The position numbers and the translations under genes were made by a program. From a candidate division FCPU426 bacterium (GTDB lineage: Bacteria > Oederibacteriota > Muellerivitia > Muellerivitales > Muellerivitaceae), in assembly GCA_963719085.1 (NCBI GenBank), contig CAVRAL010000004.1, forward strand, positions 672,001-736,000: a stretch of DNA of 64,000 nt, written 5' to 3'. The notes under the pieces are model-generated. The model was not told the origin of the DNA, did no database searches, and saw nothing but the letters and a program-made list of their open reading frames with translations. Of this stretch, positions 18,941 through 28,106 are shown piece after piece. Numbering within the stretch: the first letter of the stretch is position 1; every line of letters begins with the position of its first letter.

Positions 18941-19264
18941 TTAGAAGCTGACCGAACTCCCGCAACCGCAGGTTCCGGTGGTGTTGGGGTTTTCAATGAC
19001 AAACCCCGCGCCTTTGAGGTCTTCCACATAGTCAATCTTGGCGCCGTTTAAATAACGGGCGCTTTGGGGATCCACCAGAATCTCCACGTCGCCGGCTTGG
19101 TTGATCTCGTCATCATCGCGCTTTTGATCAAAGGTAAAACCGTAGGAAAAGCCGCTGCAACCGCCGCCTTGGACGTATACCCGGAAATTCTTCCCTTGAT
19201 AGGAAGTGTTCTTCGTGGCGAAGTCCTTTACTTTTTGGACTGCCGAATCGGTCAATTGAACCAT
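18941..19264 (-). CDS. erpA: A-type Fe-S cluster carrier (ErpA/IscA family)
   Basis: RVYVQGGGCSGFSY, IDY, NPN...TCGCGSS. Confidence 0.92.
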   Translation of the reverse strand: MVQLTDSAVQKVKDFATKNTSYQGKNFRVYVQGGGCSGFSYGFTFDQKRDDDEINQAGDVEILVDPQSARYLNGAKIDYVEDLKGAGFVIENPNTTGTCGCGSSVSF

Positions 19265-19364
19265 GATGTCATCTCCTTCAGGATAAGCCTAAGGGTGTGG
19301 CTTTCGTCTATTATATGGGATATTTGGGCTGGAAGGTCAAGTATGCGGTTTAAAAGCCCTATTT

Positions 19365-19868
19365 CTAGCAAGGTATTCCGGGTTGACCATCCACTTTTAG
19401 GCCCTTCACGAATAATAATCCCACCCGCGGTACCCCCGGACCCCTTTGGCCTTCAGGAAGGCGTCCCGAAAAAGACCCGGGATTAAAAAAGAAAGTCCCT
19501 CCCACCTGCCGGGAAAAAGGCTCGAAGTTGCTCCCGTAGACGATCACCTGCGCGGGCCCTTCCTCGAACTGGGATAAAAGCCATTGTTTCAATCCATGGG
19601 GCTTTCCATAGCCGTGCATCAGCCCCATGGTCAAGGCACCTTGCTTCCAGGACTGGCGGATATAAAGTTCAGATCGAACCTGAGCGGATTCGGCGTTGCC
19701 GCAAACCACGCGGGTCGGGGCCAGTTGCCGCAATTGTTCGAAAACTTTTAAGTCTCCCACAGGCCCCGCGTGAAGGATCGCGTCCACGCCCTTAAACGCT
19801 TTTTTAAGGGAAGCGATTTGGCCCAGGGTCAGGGGCGCTTGGGTATCGGCCAAAACTCCAAAAACCAT
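19365..19868 (-). CDS. YfcE/MJ0936-type metallophosphoesterase fold protein with degenerate metal ligands
   Basis: Motif positions read DTQ, HAGP, GNAE, MHG, GSNF and NPGS. Confidence 0.8.
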   Translation of the reverse strand: MVFGVLADTQAPLTLGQIASLKKAFKGVDAILHAGPVGDLKVFEQLRQLAPTRVVCGNAESAQVRSELYIRQSWKQGALTMGLMHGYGKPHGLKQWLLSQFEEGPAQVIVYGSNFEPFSRQVGGTFFFNPGSFSGRLPEGQRGPGVPRVGLLFVKGLKVDGQPGIPC

Positions 19869-20028
19869 TCCTTTTTTTCTCCTTTTTGACTTCCCGCAAG
19901 AGGCGTCTTAAACTACCTGCCTTAACCGGGCCCGAAGATGGCTTTTTCAGGTCTTGGGATCGGGCCAAGCGTACCATTCCCGCTTCTTGAGTCCAAGTCG
20001 GCGGAAGCCTTAAAAAACCTGGAGTCTT

Positions 20029-21675
20029 ATGAAAATCGCCCTTTGCCAAATCAACACCACGGTCGGGGACTTTGACGCCAACGTGGCGAAAATTTTGGCG
20101 TCCCTCGAAAAAGCCAAAGCCGCCCAATGCGACATCGCGCTTTTCCCGGAACTGACCTTGACCGGCTATCCCCCAAGGGATCTTTTGGACCGGGCCTCTT
20201 TTTTGCGGGAAGCCCAAAAGGCGCTGGATCAGGTGGCCCAAGCGGCCCAAGGCATCCTGGCCGTCGTCGGAACGATCGCGGAAAACCGCGGGTCCGGCAA
20301 TCCGCTTTTTAATGTGGCCGTGGCCGTCCAGGACGGCAAAATTCTTTATACGCAGAAAAAAACGTTGCTGCCGAATTACGACGTATTCGACGAAGCCCGT
20401 TACTTTACTCCCGCCTCCGAGCCCGAGCCGCCTTTCGTTTATCAAGGGCTCAAGATCGGCATCACGATCTGCGAGGACATTTGGAACGTGGAAGGCATTT
20501 CCACCCACCGGCTTTACCGCCTGGATCCGGTCCAAGAGCTGGCCAAAAATAAACCCGATTTGGTTCTCAACCTATCGGCTTCTCCCTTTCACGCCGCCAA
20601 GCTGTCCACGCGCCAAGCGCTGTTGAAAGACCTGACCGACCGGGTCAAGGCCCCCATCCTTTATTGCAATTTGGTGGGCGGCAATGATGAGCTGGTTTTC
20701 GACGGCTGCAGCATGGTGATGGACGTGGGCGGCACTCTCTTCGCCGAAGGCAAAGCCTTTGAGGAGGATTTCCTCGTTTACGATATGGGAAACCCCGCCT
20801 TTCAAAAAACCACCCGGACCTTGCTCGAGACCGAGACCATTTATGAGGCGCTGGTGATCGGCACCCGGGACTATGTGCGCAAATGCGGTTTTGAAAAAGT
20901 ACTGCTGGGACTTTCAGGCGGCATTGATTCGGCCTTGGTGGCCTGCGTGGCCGCGGAAGCCTTGGGACCCGGGAATGTTTTAGGCGTGACCATGCCTTCG
21001 CCTTATTCGTCCAAAGGCAGCGTGGAAGACTCTAAGCAATTGGCGGCAGCCTTGGGCATCGAGCTTCAAGAAATTCCCATCACCCCGGTCTTTGAGCAAA
21101 CGGTCGCGGTCTTAAAGCCTTTTTTCGGGGAAAAGCCGGCGGACCTCACGGAAGAGAACCTGCAGGCCCGCATCCGGGGGCTTTACCTGATGGCGCTGTC
21201 CAATAAATTTCACCGGCTGGTTTTATCCACCGGCAACAAAAGCGAGTTGGCCGTGGGCTATTGCACCCTCTACGGCGACATGTGCGGCGGGCTGGCCGTC
21301 ATTTCCGATCTGCCCAAGGGAATGGTTTATGAGCTGTCCCGCTACGTGAACGAGCTGGCGGGCAAAACTATCATTCCGGACGCCATCTTTACCAAAGCCC
21401 CTTCCGCCGAGCTTCGGCCCAACCAGAAAGATCAGGACAGCCTGCCGCCTTATGAGACGCTGGACGCCATCCTGCACCTGTATATTGGGAAGAACCAATC
21501 CGCGGCCACGATCCAAAGGGCGGGCTTTGACGCGGCCCTGGTGAAGGATATTTTGCGCAAGGTGGATCAAAATGAGTACAAGCGCCGTCAAATGGCGCCG
21601 GGCCTCAAGGTGACCACCAAGGCCTTCGGCATGGGGCGCCGGATGCCGATCGCGCAAAAGTTTAAGGAAAATTGA
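20029..21675 (+). CDS. nadE: Glutamine-dependent NAD+ synthetase
   Basis: Nitrilase domain (FPEL, K..LPNYDVFDE, ICED) plus GLSGGIDS, ENLQARIR, TGNKSE, PSAEL, EYKRRQ. Confidence 0.96.
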   Translation: MKIALCQINTTVGDFDANVAKILASLEKAKAAQCDIALFPELTLTGYPPRDLLDRASFLREAQKALDQVAQAAQGILAVVGTIAENRGSGNPLFNVAVAVQDGKILYTQKKTLLPNYDVFDEARYFTPASEPEPPFVYQGLKIGITICEDIWNVEGISTHRLYRLDPVQELAKNKPDLVLNLSASPFHAAKLSTRQALLKDLTDRVKAPILYCNLVGGNDELVFDGCSMVMDVGGTLFAEGKAFEEDFLVYDMGNPAFQKTTRTLLETETIYEALVIGTRDYVRKCGFEKVLLGLSGGIDSALVACVAAEALGPGNVLGVTMPSPYSSKGSVEDSKQLAAALGIELQEIPITPVFEQTVAVLKPFFGEKPADLTEENLQARIRGLYLMALSNKFHRLVLSTGNKSELAVGYCTLYGDMCGGLAVISDLPKGMVYELSRYVNELAGKTIIPDAIFTKAPSAELRPNQKDQDSLPPYETLDAILHLYIGKNQSAATIQRAGFDAALVKDILRKVDQNEYKRRQMAPGLKVTTKAFGMGRRMPIAQKFKEN

Positions 21676-21683
21676 ACCCTATT

Positions 21684-22145
21684 CACCGCAAAGACGCTAA
21701 GACGCAAAGTGAACCATGAAAAATGATGTCGATCCAAAACTGAACGCGATCGCGAAAGAAGTAGTTGATGCGGCCTTTGAGATTCATACAAAATTGGGGC
21801 CCGGATTACTGGAAAGCCTTTATGAAAACTGCCTGATCCACGAAATAGGCTTGAGGAACCTGAAAGTTCGGCGACAAGTTTCAATTCCCGTCATTTATAA
21901 GAACATTAAGTTCGATGACGGTTTAAGGCTTGATCTGCTGGTTGAAAATTGTTTGATTGTTGAGCTCAAAGCCGTTGAAGCTTTGTTGCCGGTTCATCAG
22001 GCCCCATTGTTGACTTATTGAAAGCTGACCGGGAATTCCCTCGGGCTGTTGACCAATTTTAATGTTCCTTTGATTAAAGATGGCATTAAACGAATAGTTC
22101 ATTCTAAAGATTAAATCCTCCTTGGCGTCTTAGCGCCTTTGCGGT
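21684..22145. mobile_element. Putative GxxExxY cassette bounded by 8-nt-periodic inverted repeats
   Basis: accgcaaagacgctaagacgcaaag (21685-21709) matches the reverse complement of 22121-22145 at 23 of 25 positions; sits between nadE and queD; interior is AT-richer. Confidence 0.65.
21716..22114 (+). pseudogene. GxxExxY protein interrupted by an in-frame TGA
   Basis: LGPGLLESLYE, RLDLLVE, IVELKAVE. TGA at 22019-22021 replaces the Leu of LTYLKL; the frame continues KLTGNSLGLLTNFNVPLIKDGIKRIV to TAA at 22112-22114. Confidence 0.85.
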
Positions 22146-22156
22146 AAAAGAGGTTT

Positions 22157-22621
22157 ATGCCTAAATCATTCGCGCGGATCACCAAAGAGCTTACTTTTGA
22201 GGCGGCCCATTACCTGCATAATCCCCAATGGGACCGGGCAAAAAATTTGGAAATTTTCCGAAAATGCGCCGGCTTTCGCAAAGACAATCCCAAAGCCGCC
22301 GGGTTTCCCCACGGCCATTCTTACCGATTAGCCGTGACCGTCGAAGGTCCGATTCATGAGGACACGGGCTTTGTCATGGATTTCCGTCACTTGAAGGAAA
22401 TTCTGCACCGGGAAATTGAAAGCCGGTTGGACCACCGTTTCATCAACCAAGAAGTGGAGCTTTTTAAAAACGATCCCCAATTCCAGCCCACCGCCGAGAA
22501 CTTAGCGAGGGTCATTTGGAACTGGCTGGCCCCTTCGCTTAAAAAAGCCAAAGTCAAATTAGTGGAAGTCGCCCTTTGGGAGACCCCGGATAGTGGATGT
22601 GTTTATCAGGGCGGAAAATAA
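22157..22621 (+). CDS. queD: 6-carboxytetrahydropterin synthase / PTPS family
   Basis: FEAAH, KC, HGHSY, LDH, PTAENLA, WETP. Confidence 0.88.
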   Translation: MPKSFARITKELTFEAAHYLHNPQWDRAKNLEIFRKCAGFRKDNPKAAGFPHGHSYRLAVTVEGPIHEDTGFVMDFRHLKEILHREIESRLDHRFINQEVELFKNDPQFQPTAENLARVIWNWLAPSLKKAKVKLVEVALWETPDSGCVYQGGK

Positions 22622-22630
22622 AAGAAGAGT

Positions 22631-23320
22631 TTAAAAAGGAAGCGGCAGAGTTCCGGGGTTTTCAAACGGCTCCAGACACCGTGGGTCATCGTGCCTCGGG
22701 TCATTCACCCAAGTTTCCACTTCGTAGGCTTCCATCTGGTCGGATGGATAGGGCCTAAAAAGTTCCTGAATTTTTTCAAAATCCCGCATATCTTCCGAGT
22801 CCAGCCACAATTTAAAATTTTCAGGCGCCACAATCACCGGCATTCTTTCGTGGATGGCTTTTACCACGGTGTTGGGCGTGGTGGTGAGGATCGCGCAAGC
22901 GTCGGTGGTTTGGCCGTGCGCGGGCTGGGGCGCCCAAAGCCCGGCCAGGGCGAACGGTTTTCCGCTTTTCATCCGGATAAAAAAAGGTTTGGTTTCCCGG
23001 GCCTCGTGCCGCCATTCATAAAAACCATCCACCGGCATCAGGCACCGCCACTTTTCAAACGACTCCTGAAAGAGCGGTTTGTCCTGGAGGTCTTCCGATC
23101 GCGCGTTGACCAACAAACGGCCGCCCTGATGCCAGGTGGCGGCAAAACCCCAATGTAAAAGCTTGAGCTGCCGTTTTTTCTTGTCCAAGGGATGAATGAC
23201 CGCGGGGATCTTTTGGGAAGGCGCCACGTTGTAGCGGGGCTCCCAGGGAAGGGATTGTTCCAATCCCAAAAAGGCCGAAAGGTCGGCGGGCGGGCTTTTT
23301 AAGGCGAATCGTGAGCACAT
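22631..23320 (-). CDS. SOS response-associated peptidase (SRAP/YedK/HMCES)
   Basis: Catalytic Cys2 (MCSRF), RYNVAP, NARSE, GFYEW, IHERMPV. Confidence 0.93.
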   Translation of the reverse strand: MCSRFALKSPPADLSAFLGLEQSLPWEPRYNVAPSQKIPAVIHPLDKKKRQLKLLHWGFAATWHQGGRLLVNARSEDLQDKPLFQESFEKWRCLMPVDGFYEWRHEARETKPFFIRMKSGKPFALAGLWAPQPAHGQTTDACAILTTTPNTVVKAIHERMPVIVAPENFKLWLDSEDMRDFEKIQELFRPYPSDQMEAYEVETWVNDPRHDDPRCLEPFENPGTLPLPF

Positions 23321-23350
23321 GCCCCTATTCTATCAAAAACGCGGACCCAA

Positions 23351-23383
23351 AAATAAAAAGCCCCGCCCAGAATCGGGCGGGGC
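23351..23383 (-). terminator. Intrinsic terminator downstream of tRNA-Val
   Basis: Perfect 9-bp stem gccccgccc/gggcggggc followed by a U-rich tract on the minus strand. Confidence 0.85.
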
Positions 23384-23388
23384 ATGTT

Positions 23389-23465
23389 TGGTGGACATTA
23401 CTGGACTCGAACCAGTGACCTTCGCGATGTGAACGCGACGCTCTAACCAGCTGAGCTAAATGTCC
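23389..23465 (-). tRNA. tRNA-Val (anticodon CAC)
   Basis: 77-nt cloverleaf GGACATTTAGCTCAGCTGGTTAGAGCG TCGCG-TTCACAT-CGCGA ...GGTTCGAGTCC...ATGTCCACCA with encoded CCA. Confidence 0.96.
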
Positions 23466-23526
23466 GTCTTACCTGCTTGGAAGGGGTTGTAGTTTATTCG
23501 GAAAAAAAGCCTATTTCAAGGAACAT

Positions 23527-23655
23527 TCACTCTGGTTTAGGCGCCTCTCCGTCATCACAGCAAGACCCGGCGGACAGGGTAAATTCATCCTCAAAACCGC
23601 AAACCTCTTTTTCAAATTCAAAACCGGGTGTTTCGTGGGTAAAAGGCGGTTCCAT
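23527..23655 (-). CDS. Putative 42-aa acidic Cys-containing peptide
   Basis: TAAGGAGG 4 nt before the ATG; MEPPFTHETPGFEFEKEVCGFEDEFTLSAGSCCDDGEAPKPE. Confidence 0.5.
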   Translation of the reverse strand: MEPPFTHETPGFEFEKEVCGFEDEFTLSAGSCCDDGEAPKPE

Positions 23656-23846
23656 GTCGCCTCCTTAAGGCCCCGTTAGTTTATCTCAAAGAGGGTTGGA
23701 CGAAAAACAAAACCACTCTTTTAAAGAATAAAGAAGGTTTTTTAAACCTCCGGGCCTTCCTAAAACACATCTTCCGTTGAAAAAGCCCTTAGTCTAAAAC
23801 CCCGGTCCGCCTCTTATAATGGCTTCATCAGTCTAAGAGGAGCCTT

Positions 23847-24716
23847 GTGAAATTTTCAATTCCCAATGCCCTGGCGCCGGATTACGAAGAATGCCTGCGC
23901 CAAGCCAAAACCCATTACGAAAATTTTCCCGTGGCTTCCCTGCTTTTACCCAGTGAAAGCCGCGCGCCCATCGCGGCCCTTTACGCTTTTGCCCGGACCG
24001 CCGATGATTTCGCCGATGAGGCCGAGTACGAAGGACACCGGGAAAAAGAAATCAACCGCTGGGAAAAATCACTGAGGGACGCCCTCGCGGGAAAACCCGC
24101 GCCGCCGGTTCTTCGGGCCTTCGCCCACACGCTTCAAAACTTTAAAATTCCGGCGAAGCTTCCTTTAGCCCTTTTAAAAGCTTACCGGATGGATTTGAGG
24201 ATCCGCCGCTACTCAACTTGGAAAGACCTGCTTTTCTACTGCCGCCACAGCGCCAACCCGGTCGGCCGCATGGTGCTTTTGATCTCGGGAGTTCGGGATG
24301 AAAAACTTCACCGCTATTCCGATTTTATTTGTACCGGCCTTCAACTCATCAACTTCTGGCAGGACAGCGCCACCGACTTAAAGCGCGGCCGCGTCTATTA
24401 TCCCCAGGCGGCTTTAAAAAAAGCGGGCGTCTCTCCCAAAAACCTTTTCGCCTTGAAAGACTCGGTTTCAACGCGCCGGTTGGTGAGGGACGCGGTGGAT
24501 TATACTCAAACTTATTTCGTCCAGGGGCTTCCTCTATTGCGGTCGGTTTCCGGACGGCTCCGCTGGGAACTCAAGGCCACGGTCCTGGGCGGCCAGGGAA
24601 TCCTCAATAAAATCCGCAAGATGGATTACAATGTCCTTACGCAACGTCCGGCTTGGACAACGGTTGAAAAAGCGGCCTTGGCTTGGCGGGCTGTTTTTAA
24701 AAATCCCAAAGTTTAA
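23847..24716 (+). CDS. hpnC: Hydroxysqualene synthase
   Basis: HYENFPVAS, YAFARTADDFADE, YC..SANPVGR, LQLINFWQD...D..RGRVY.P. Confidence 0.93.
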   Translation: MKFSIPNALAPDYEECLRQAKTHYENFPVASLLLPSESRAPIAALYAFARTADDFADEAEYEGHREKEINRWEKSLRDALAGKPAPPVLRAFAHTLQNFKIPAKLPLALLKAYRMDLRIRRYSTWKDLLFYCRHSANPVGRMVLLISGVRDEKLHRYSDFICTGLQLINFWQDSATDLKRGRVYYPQAALKKAGVSPKNLFALKDSVSTRRLVRDAVDYTQTYFVQGLPLLRSVSGRLRWELKATVLGGQGILNKIRKMDYNVLTQRPAWTTVEKAALAWRAVFKNPKV

Positions 24717-24751
24717 ATTCCTGTTTTAATTCCACGGAAGGAAGAGACCGC

Positions 24752-25591
24752 TTGAAGCCCCACGAGGGATCGCTTAAGAAAAAAACCAGTTTTTATTATC
24801 CCCTTCTTTTGCTGCCCAAGGAAAAACGGGCGGCCATGGAAACCCTTTATCGCTTTTGCTGGGCGGCGGATGAAATCGCCGACGGCCCGGGCTCCCACGC
24901 GAAAAAAGAACGGGATCTGGCGGACTTCCGCAAGGCGTTGAAATCTTGCTTCAAAGGCCGGGCCCAAGATCCTTTGTTCCGGAATTTAAGGGAAGTCATT
25001 GAGCAATTTGGGCTTTCGCAAGAGCCCTTGGAGCGGATTCTTCAGGGCGTGGACCGCGATTTGAAGCCCCTGCGTTTTAAAACCTTTTCCGAGCTTCACC
25101 GCTACGCCTCGCAGGTCGCCGGAGGCCCGGGGCTTTCCAGCATGGAAATTTTCGGTTTTAAAGATCTCCCGCACCGCCATTACGCCGAAAACCTCGGTCT
25201 GTTCCTTCAAATCGTCAATATGGTCCGGGACTTCCGGGAAGACGCCCAAATGGGCCGTCAATATCTGCCCCAGGAAGACTTTCAAAGATTTAAGCTCAAC
25301 CCCGACGCCCTATCGCCCAGCGACTTATCTTGGAGGCACTTTGTGGACTTTCAGTTGACCCGGGCCGAGTCGTTCCTAGAAAAATCGAGAAAATCCCTGA
25401 CCCGCCTGGAGCGCTCCCAGCTTTCCACGGCCGAAGCCATCGCCGGGGTTTATGGACGCTTAAAAGAAAAATTAAGGGCCGCCCCGGAGCGGATTCTTCA
25501 AGGCAAGCTGTCCCTTTCGCCCCTCGAAAAAATTTCAGCCGCCGGCCTGGCCTTGGTCCGCTGCGCGGCCTGGAAAAGAATCTCAAAGTGA
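24752..25591 (+). CDS. hpnD: Presqualene diphosphate synthase
   Basis: SFYY...LLP.EKR.AM..LY.FC..ADEIAD, LQ.VN..RD..ED...GR.YLP; lies between hpnC and hpnE. Confidence 0.88.
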   Translation: MKPHEGSLKKKTSFYYPLLLLPKEKRAAMETLYRFCWAADEIADGPGSHAKKERDLADFRKALKSCFKGRAQDPLFRNLREVIEQFGLSQEPLERILQGVDRDLKPLRFKTFSELHRYASQVAGGPGLSSMEIFGFKDLPHRHYAENLGLFLQIVNMVRDFREDAQMGRQYLPQEDFQRFKLNPDALSPSDLSWRHFVDFQLTRAESFLEKSRKSLTRLERSQLSTAEAIAGVYGRLKEKLRAAPERILQGKLSLSPLEKISAAGLALVRCAAWKRISK

Positions 25592-26934
25592 ACCCCAAGG
25601 TTTTAGTGGTGGGGGGCGGTTACGCCGGCATCGCCGCGGCCACCGCCTTGGCCGAAGCCGGAATCACGGTCGATCTTTTGGAATCCCGGGGCTTTTTGGG
25701 CGGGCGGGTTTATTCCACGACCCCCACCGAAGCCTTTCCCGCTCCCGTGGACAACGGCCCCCACCTGCTGATGGGTTGTTATCGGGAAACCTTCAAGCTT
25801 TTCAATCGCTTAAAAGTCACCGGTGGATTTCATTGGATTGATCCCTTATCCCTGAGCTGGGTTTCCCCGGGCGGCTCAAAGACCACTTTGGATTGCGCCG
25901 CGCTTCCCGCGCCCTTTCATTTGGCCTGGGGACTTTTAAAATCCAGCGCTTTTCCCGGTGTTGAAAAATTGAAGTTGGCCTTGGCGCTGGCGCCTTTTGC
26001 CGGGCATCCTTTTTTAATCCCCAAAAGCGCGCGTACGGTGGCTGATTGGACCCGCCTCACCCGCCAAGGCGTAACCACGCGGGAGCGTTTTTGGGTTCCC
26101 TTTTGCCGTGCCGTCATGAACGTGCCGCCCGAGATTGCGCCCATCCGGGGCTTGGGCGAGGTGCTGAACCGCGTTTTTTTTAAAAGCCGCCGGGACAGCG
26201 CGCTGGTGGTGTCGGCCAAACCCTTGAGCGAAATCGCCTTCCCGGAAGCCTTGGACTATCTGCGCTCCAAAAGGGGGACGGTTCATTTTAGGGAAGGGGC
26301 CCAAGCTTTAAGTTTGGCCTCCGGACCCTTTCAAGTGGAGAGTGTTTCGGGGAAAAAATTCACCGCCGACGCGCTTATTTTGGCCTTGCCTGTCCGGTCT
26401 TTGGAAGCGCTTTGGAATTCTTGCGGCCTGCCAGCCCCCGCCGAAGAATCCCGTCTGGGGAAATCCCCCATCCTGTCCGTTCATTTGATCTTGGAAAAAC
26501 CCATCCTCACCGGCCACCTGGCGGGCCTGCCGGGGGCGAATTTCGACTGGGTTTTTAACCGCAACGCCAATTGGGGCTATTCGGGACCCGGCCAATATGT
26601 GAGTTTGGTGTGCAGCGGGGATTTGGATTTGGCGCGTAAACCCGAGCGGGAAATTTTGGTCAAGGCTTGGGAAGAGCTGCAAGATCGGTTTCCGGAGCTG
26701 TCCGGCACCCAGCCGCTTTATTCCAAGGTCACCAAGGAAATGTCGGCCACCTTTTTTTGGAGCGAGCAAGCCGGCGCGTTAAGACCTTCCGCCGCCACAC
26801 CCTTCGCCAATATTTTTTTGGCCGGGGATTGGACCGCCACCGGGCTTCCCGCCACCATCGAGGGGGCCTGCCTTTCGGGCCATCGGTCCGCCGCGCGGGC
26901 CTTGGCCTATTTCCGGGGCGCCGGTCTTAAATAA
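25588..26934 (+). CDS. hpnE: Hydroxysqualene dehydroxylase (FAD-dependent)
   Basis: GTG start overlapping the hpnD stop; GGGYAGIAAA, LGGR, DNGPHLLMGCY, LAGDWT.TGLPATIEGA..SG. Confidence 0.92.
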   Translation: MNPKVLVVGGGYAGIAAATALAEAGITVDLLESRGFLGGRVYSTTPTEAFPAPVDNGPHLLMGCYRETFKLFNRLKVTGGFHWIDPLSLSWVSPGGSKTTLDCAALPAPFHLAWGLLKSSAFPGVEKLKLALALAPFAGHPFLIPKSARTVADWTRLTRQGVTTRERFWVPFCRAVMNVPPEIAPIRGLGEVLNRVFFKSRRDSALVVSAKPLSEIAFPEALDYLRSKRGTVHFREGAQALSLASGPFQVESVSGKKFTADALILALPVRSLEALWNSCGLPAPAEESRLGKSPILSVHLILEKPILTGHLAGLPGANFDWVFNRNANWGYSGPGQYVSLVCSGDLDLARKPEREILVKAWEELQDRFPELSGTQPLYSKVTKEMSATFFWSEQAGALRPSAATPFANIFLAGDWTATGLPATIEGACLSGHRSAARALAYFRGAGLK

Positions 26935-26969
26935 GCCGGCGCCCGCGAGCGCCTTGTCTATTTTGAATT

Positions 26970-28100
26970 TCAACCCCGGAAGAAATCCAATACCTTTTGG
27001 ATGACCTCGGGCTGGCGCTCTTCCAATCCGACCCACAGCGGAAGACGGACCAACCGGGAACTTAACTCGTCAGTATGGGTCAAGGCTCCCGAAGCCCGTC
27101 CATAAACCCGTCCCGCGGGGGAGCTATGGAGCGGCACATAATGAAAAACCGCGTTAACGTCATTTTGATTCAACCATTTTAAACACCGATCCCGCTCGCC
27201 CAGGGACGGCAGCAATAAATAATACAAATGGCCGTTGGATTGACATTCCTCGGGAATCCGGGGGCGCCGCAGTTTCCCCGTTTTTTCCAAACCCTCAAAA
27301 GCCCGGTGATAGTTATCCCAAAGGGCGGTTCTTCTGCCTTGGATCACCTCCATTTGCTCCAATTGGGCCAATAAAAAAGCCGCGGATAATTCGCCGGGCA
27401 AAAAGGAGGAACCCACATCCACCCAAGTGTATTTATCCGTTTGGTTTTTAAGGAATTGGGCCCGGTTAGTTCCTTTTTGTCTTATGATTTCCGCTCGCTC
27501 AAAAAACCGATCCTCGTTAATTAAAAGGGCTCCACCCTCCCCTGAGTGGATATTTTTGGTCTCATGAAAACTCAAGGCGCCCAAGGCGCCCAGACTTCCC
27601 AACGGACGGTTCCGGTACCGGGCCCCGATCGATTGGGCCGCGTCCTCCACCACGGGTAAGCCGTGGCGGCGGGCGATTTCTAAAATTCGGTCCATCTCGC
27701 AAGCGACTCCCCCATAATGGACCACCACGATCGCTTTGGTCTTAGCCGTTATGGCCCGCTCAATCTGGTTCTCATCGAGGTTTAGGGTATCCGGTCGGAT
27801 ATCCACGAATACCGGTATGCCACCCCGTAAAACGAAGGCGCTGGCCGTGGAGACGAAGGTATAGGACGGCATGATCATTTCATCGCCCGGCTTTATCTCT
27901 AAAAGCAAGGCGGCCATTTCCAGCGCTCCCGTGCAAGAGTGCGTTAAAAGGGCTTGAGGACAGCCGATCGTTTTCTCAATCCAAGCGTGGCACTTCCGGG
28001 TAAAGGGGCCGTCGCCGGCAAGCTGGCCATGGACATGGGCCTGTCCGATATATTCCAATTCTTTGCCGGCCAAATAAGGTTTATTAAAAGGAATATGCAT
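26970..28100 (-). CDS. wecE: dTDP-4-amino-4,6-dideoxyhexose transaminase (WecE/RffA type)
   Basis: IPFNKP, GDGPFT, LTHSCT.ALE, EDAAQ, SFHETKN..SGEGG, DKYTW, FHYVPLH. Confidence 0.9.
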   Translation of the reverse strand: MHIPFNKPYLAGKELEYIGQAHVHGQLAGDGPFTRKCHAWIEKTIGCPQALLTHSCTGALEMAALLLEIKPGDEMIMPSYTFVSTASAFVLRGGIPVFVDIRPDTLNLDENQIERAITAKTKAIVVVHYGGVACEMDRILEIARRHGLPVVEDAAQSIGARYRNRPLGSLGALGALSFHETKNIHSGEGGALLINEDRFFERAEIIRQKGTNRAQFLKNQTDKYTWVDVGSSFLPGELSAAFLLAQLEQMEVIQGRRTALWDNYHRAFEGLEKTGKLRRPRIPEECQSNGHLYYLLLPSLGERDRCLKWLNQNDVNAVFHYVPLHSSPAGRVYGRASGALTHTDELSSRLVRLPLWVGLEERQPEVIQKVLDFFRG

Positions 28101-28106
28101 AAGGCG

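Noticed and set aside
22019..22021. TGA as selenocysteine or a reassigned codon
   Set aside because: The position is normally Leu, and many intact genes in the window end in TGA; a nonsense mutation or sequencing error is simpler.
23389..23465. tRNA as an integration site for an island
   Set aside because: No integrase and no duplicated tRNA 3' end noticed in the window.
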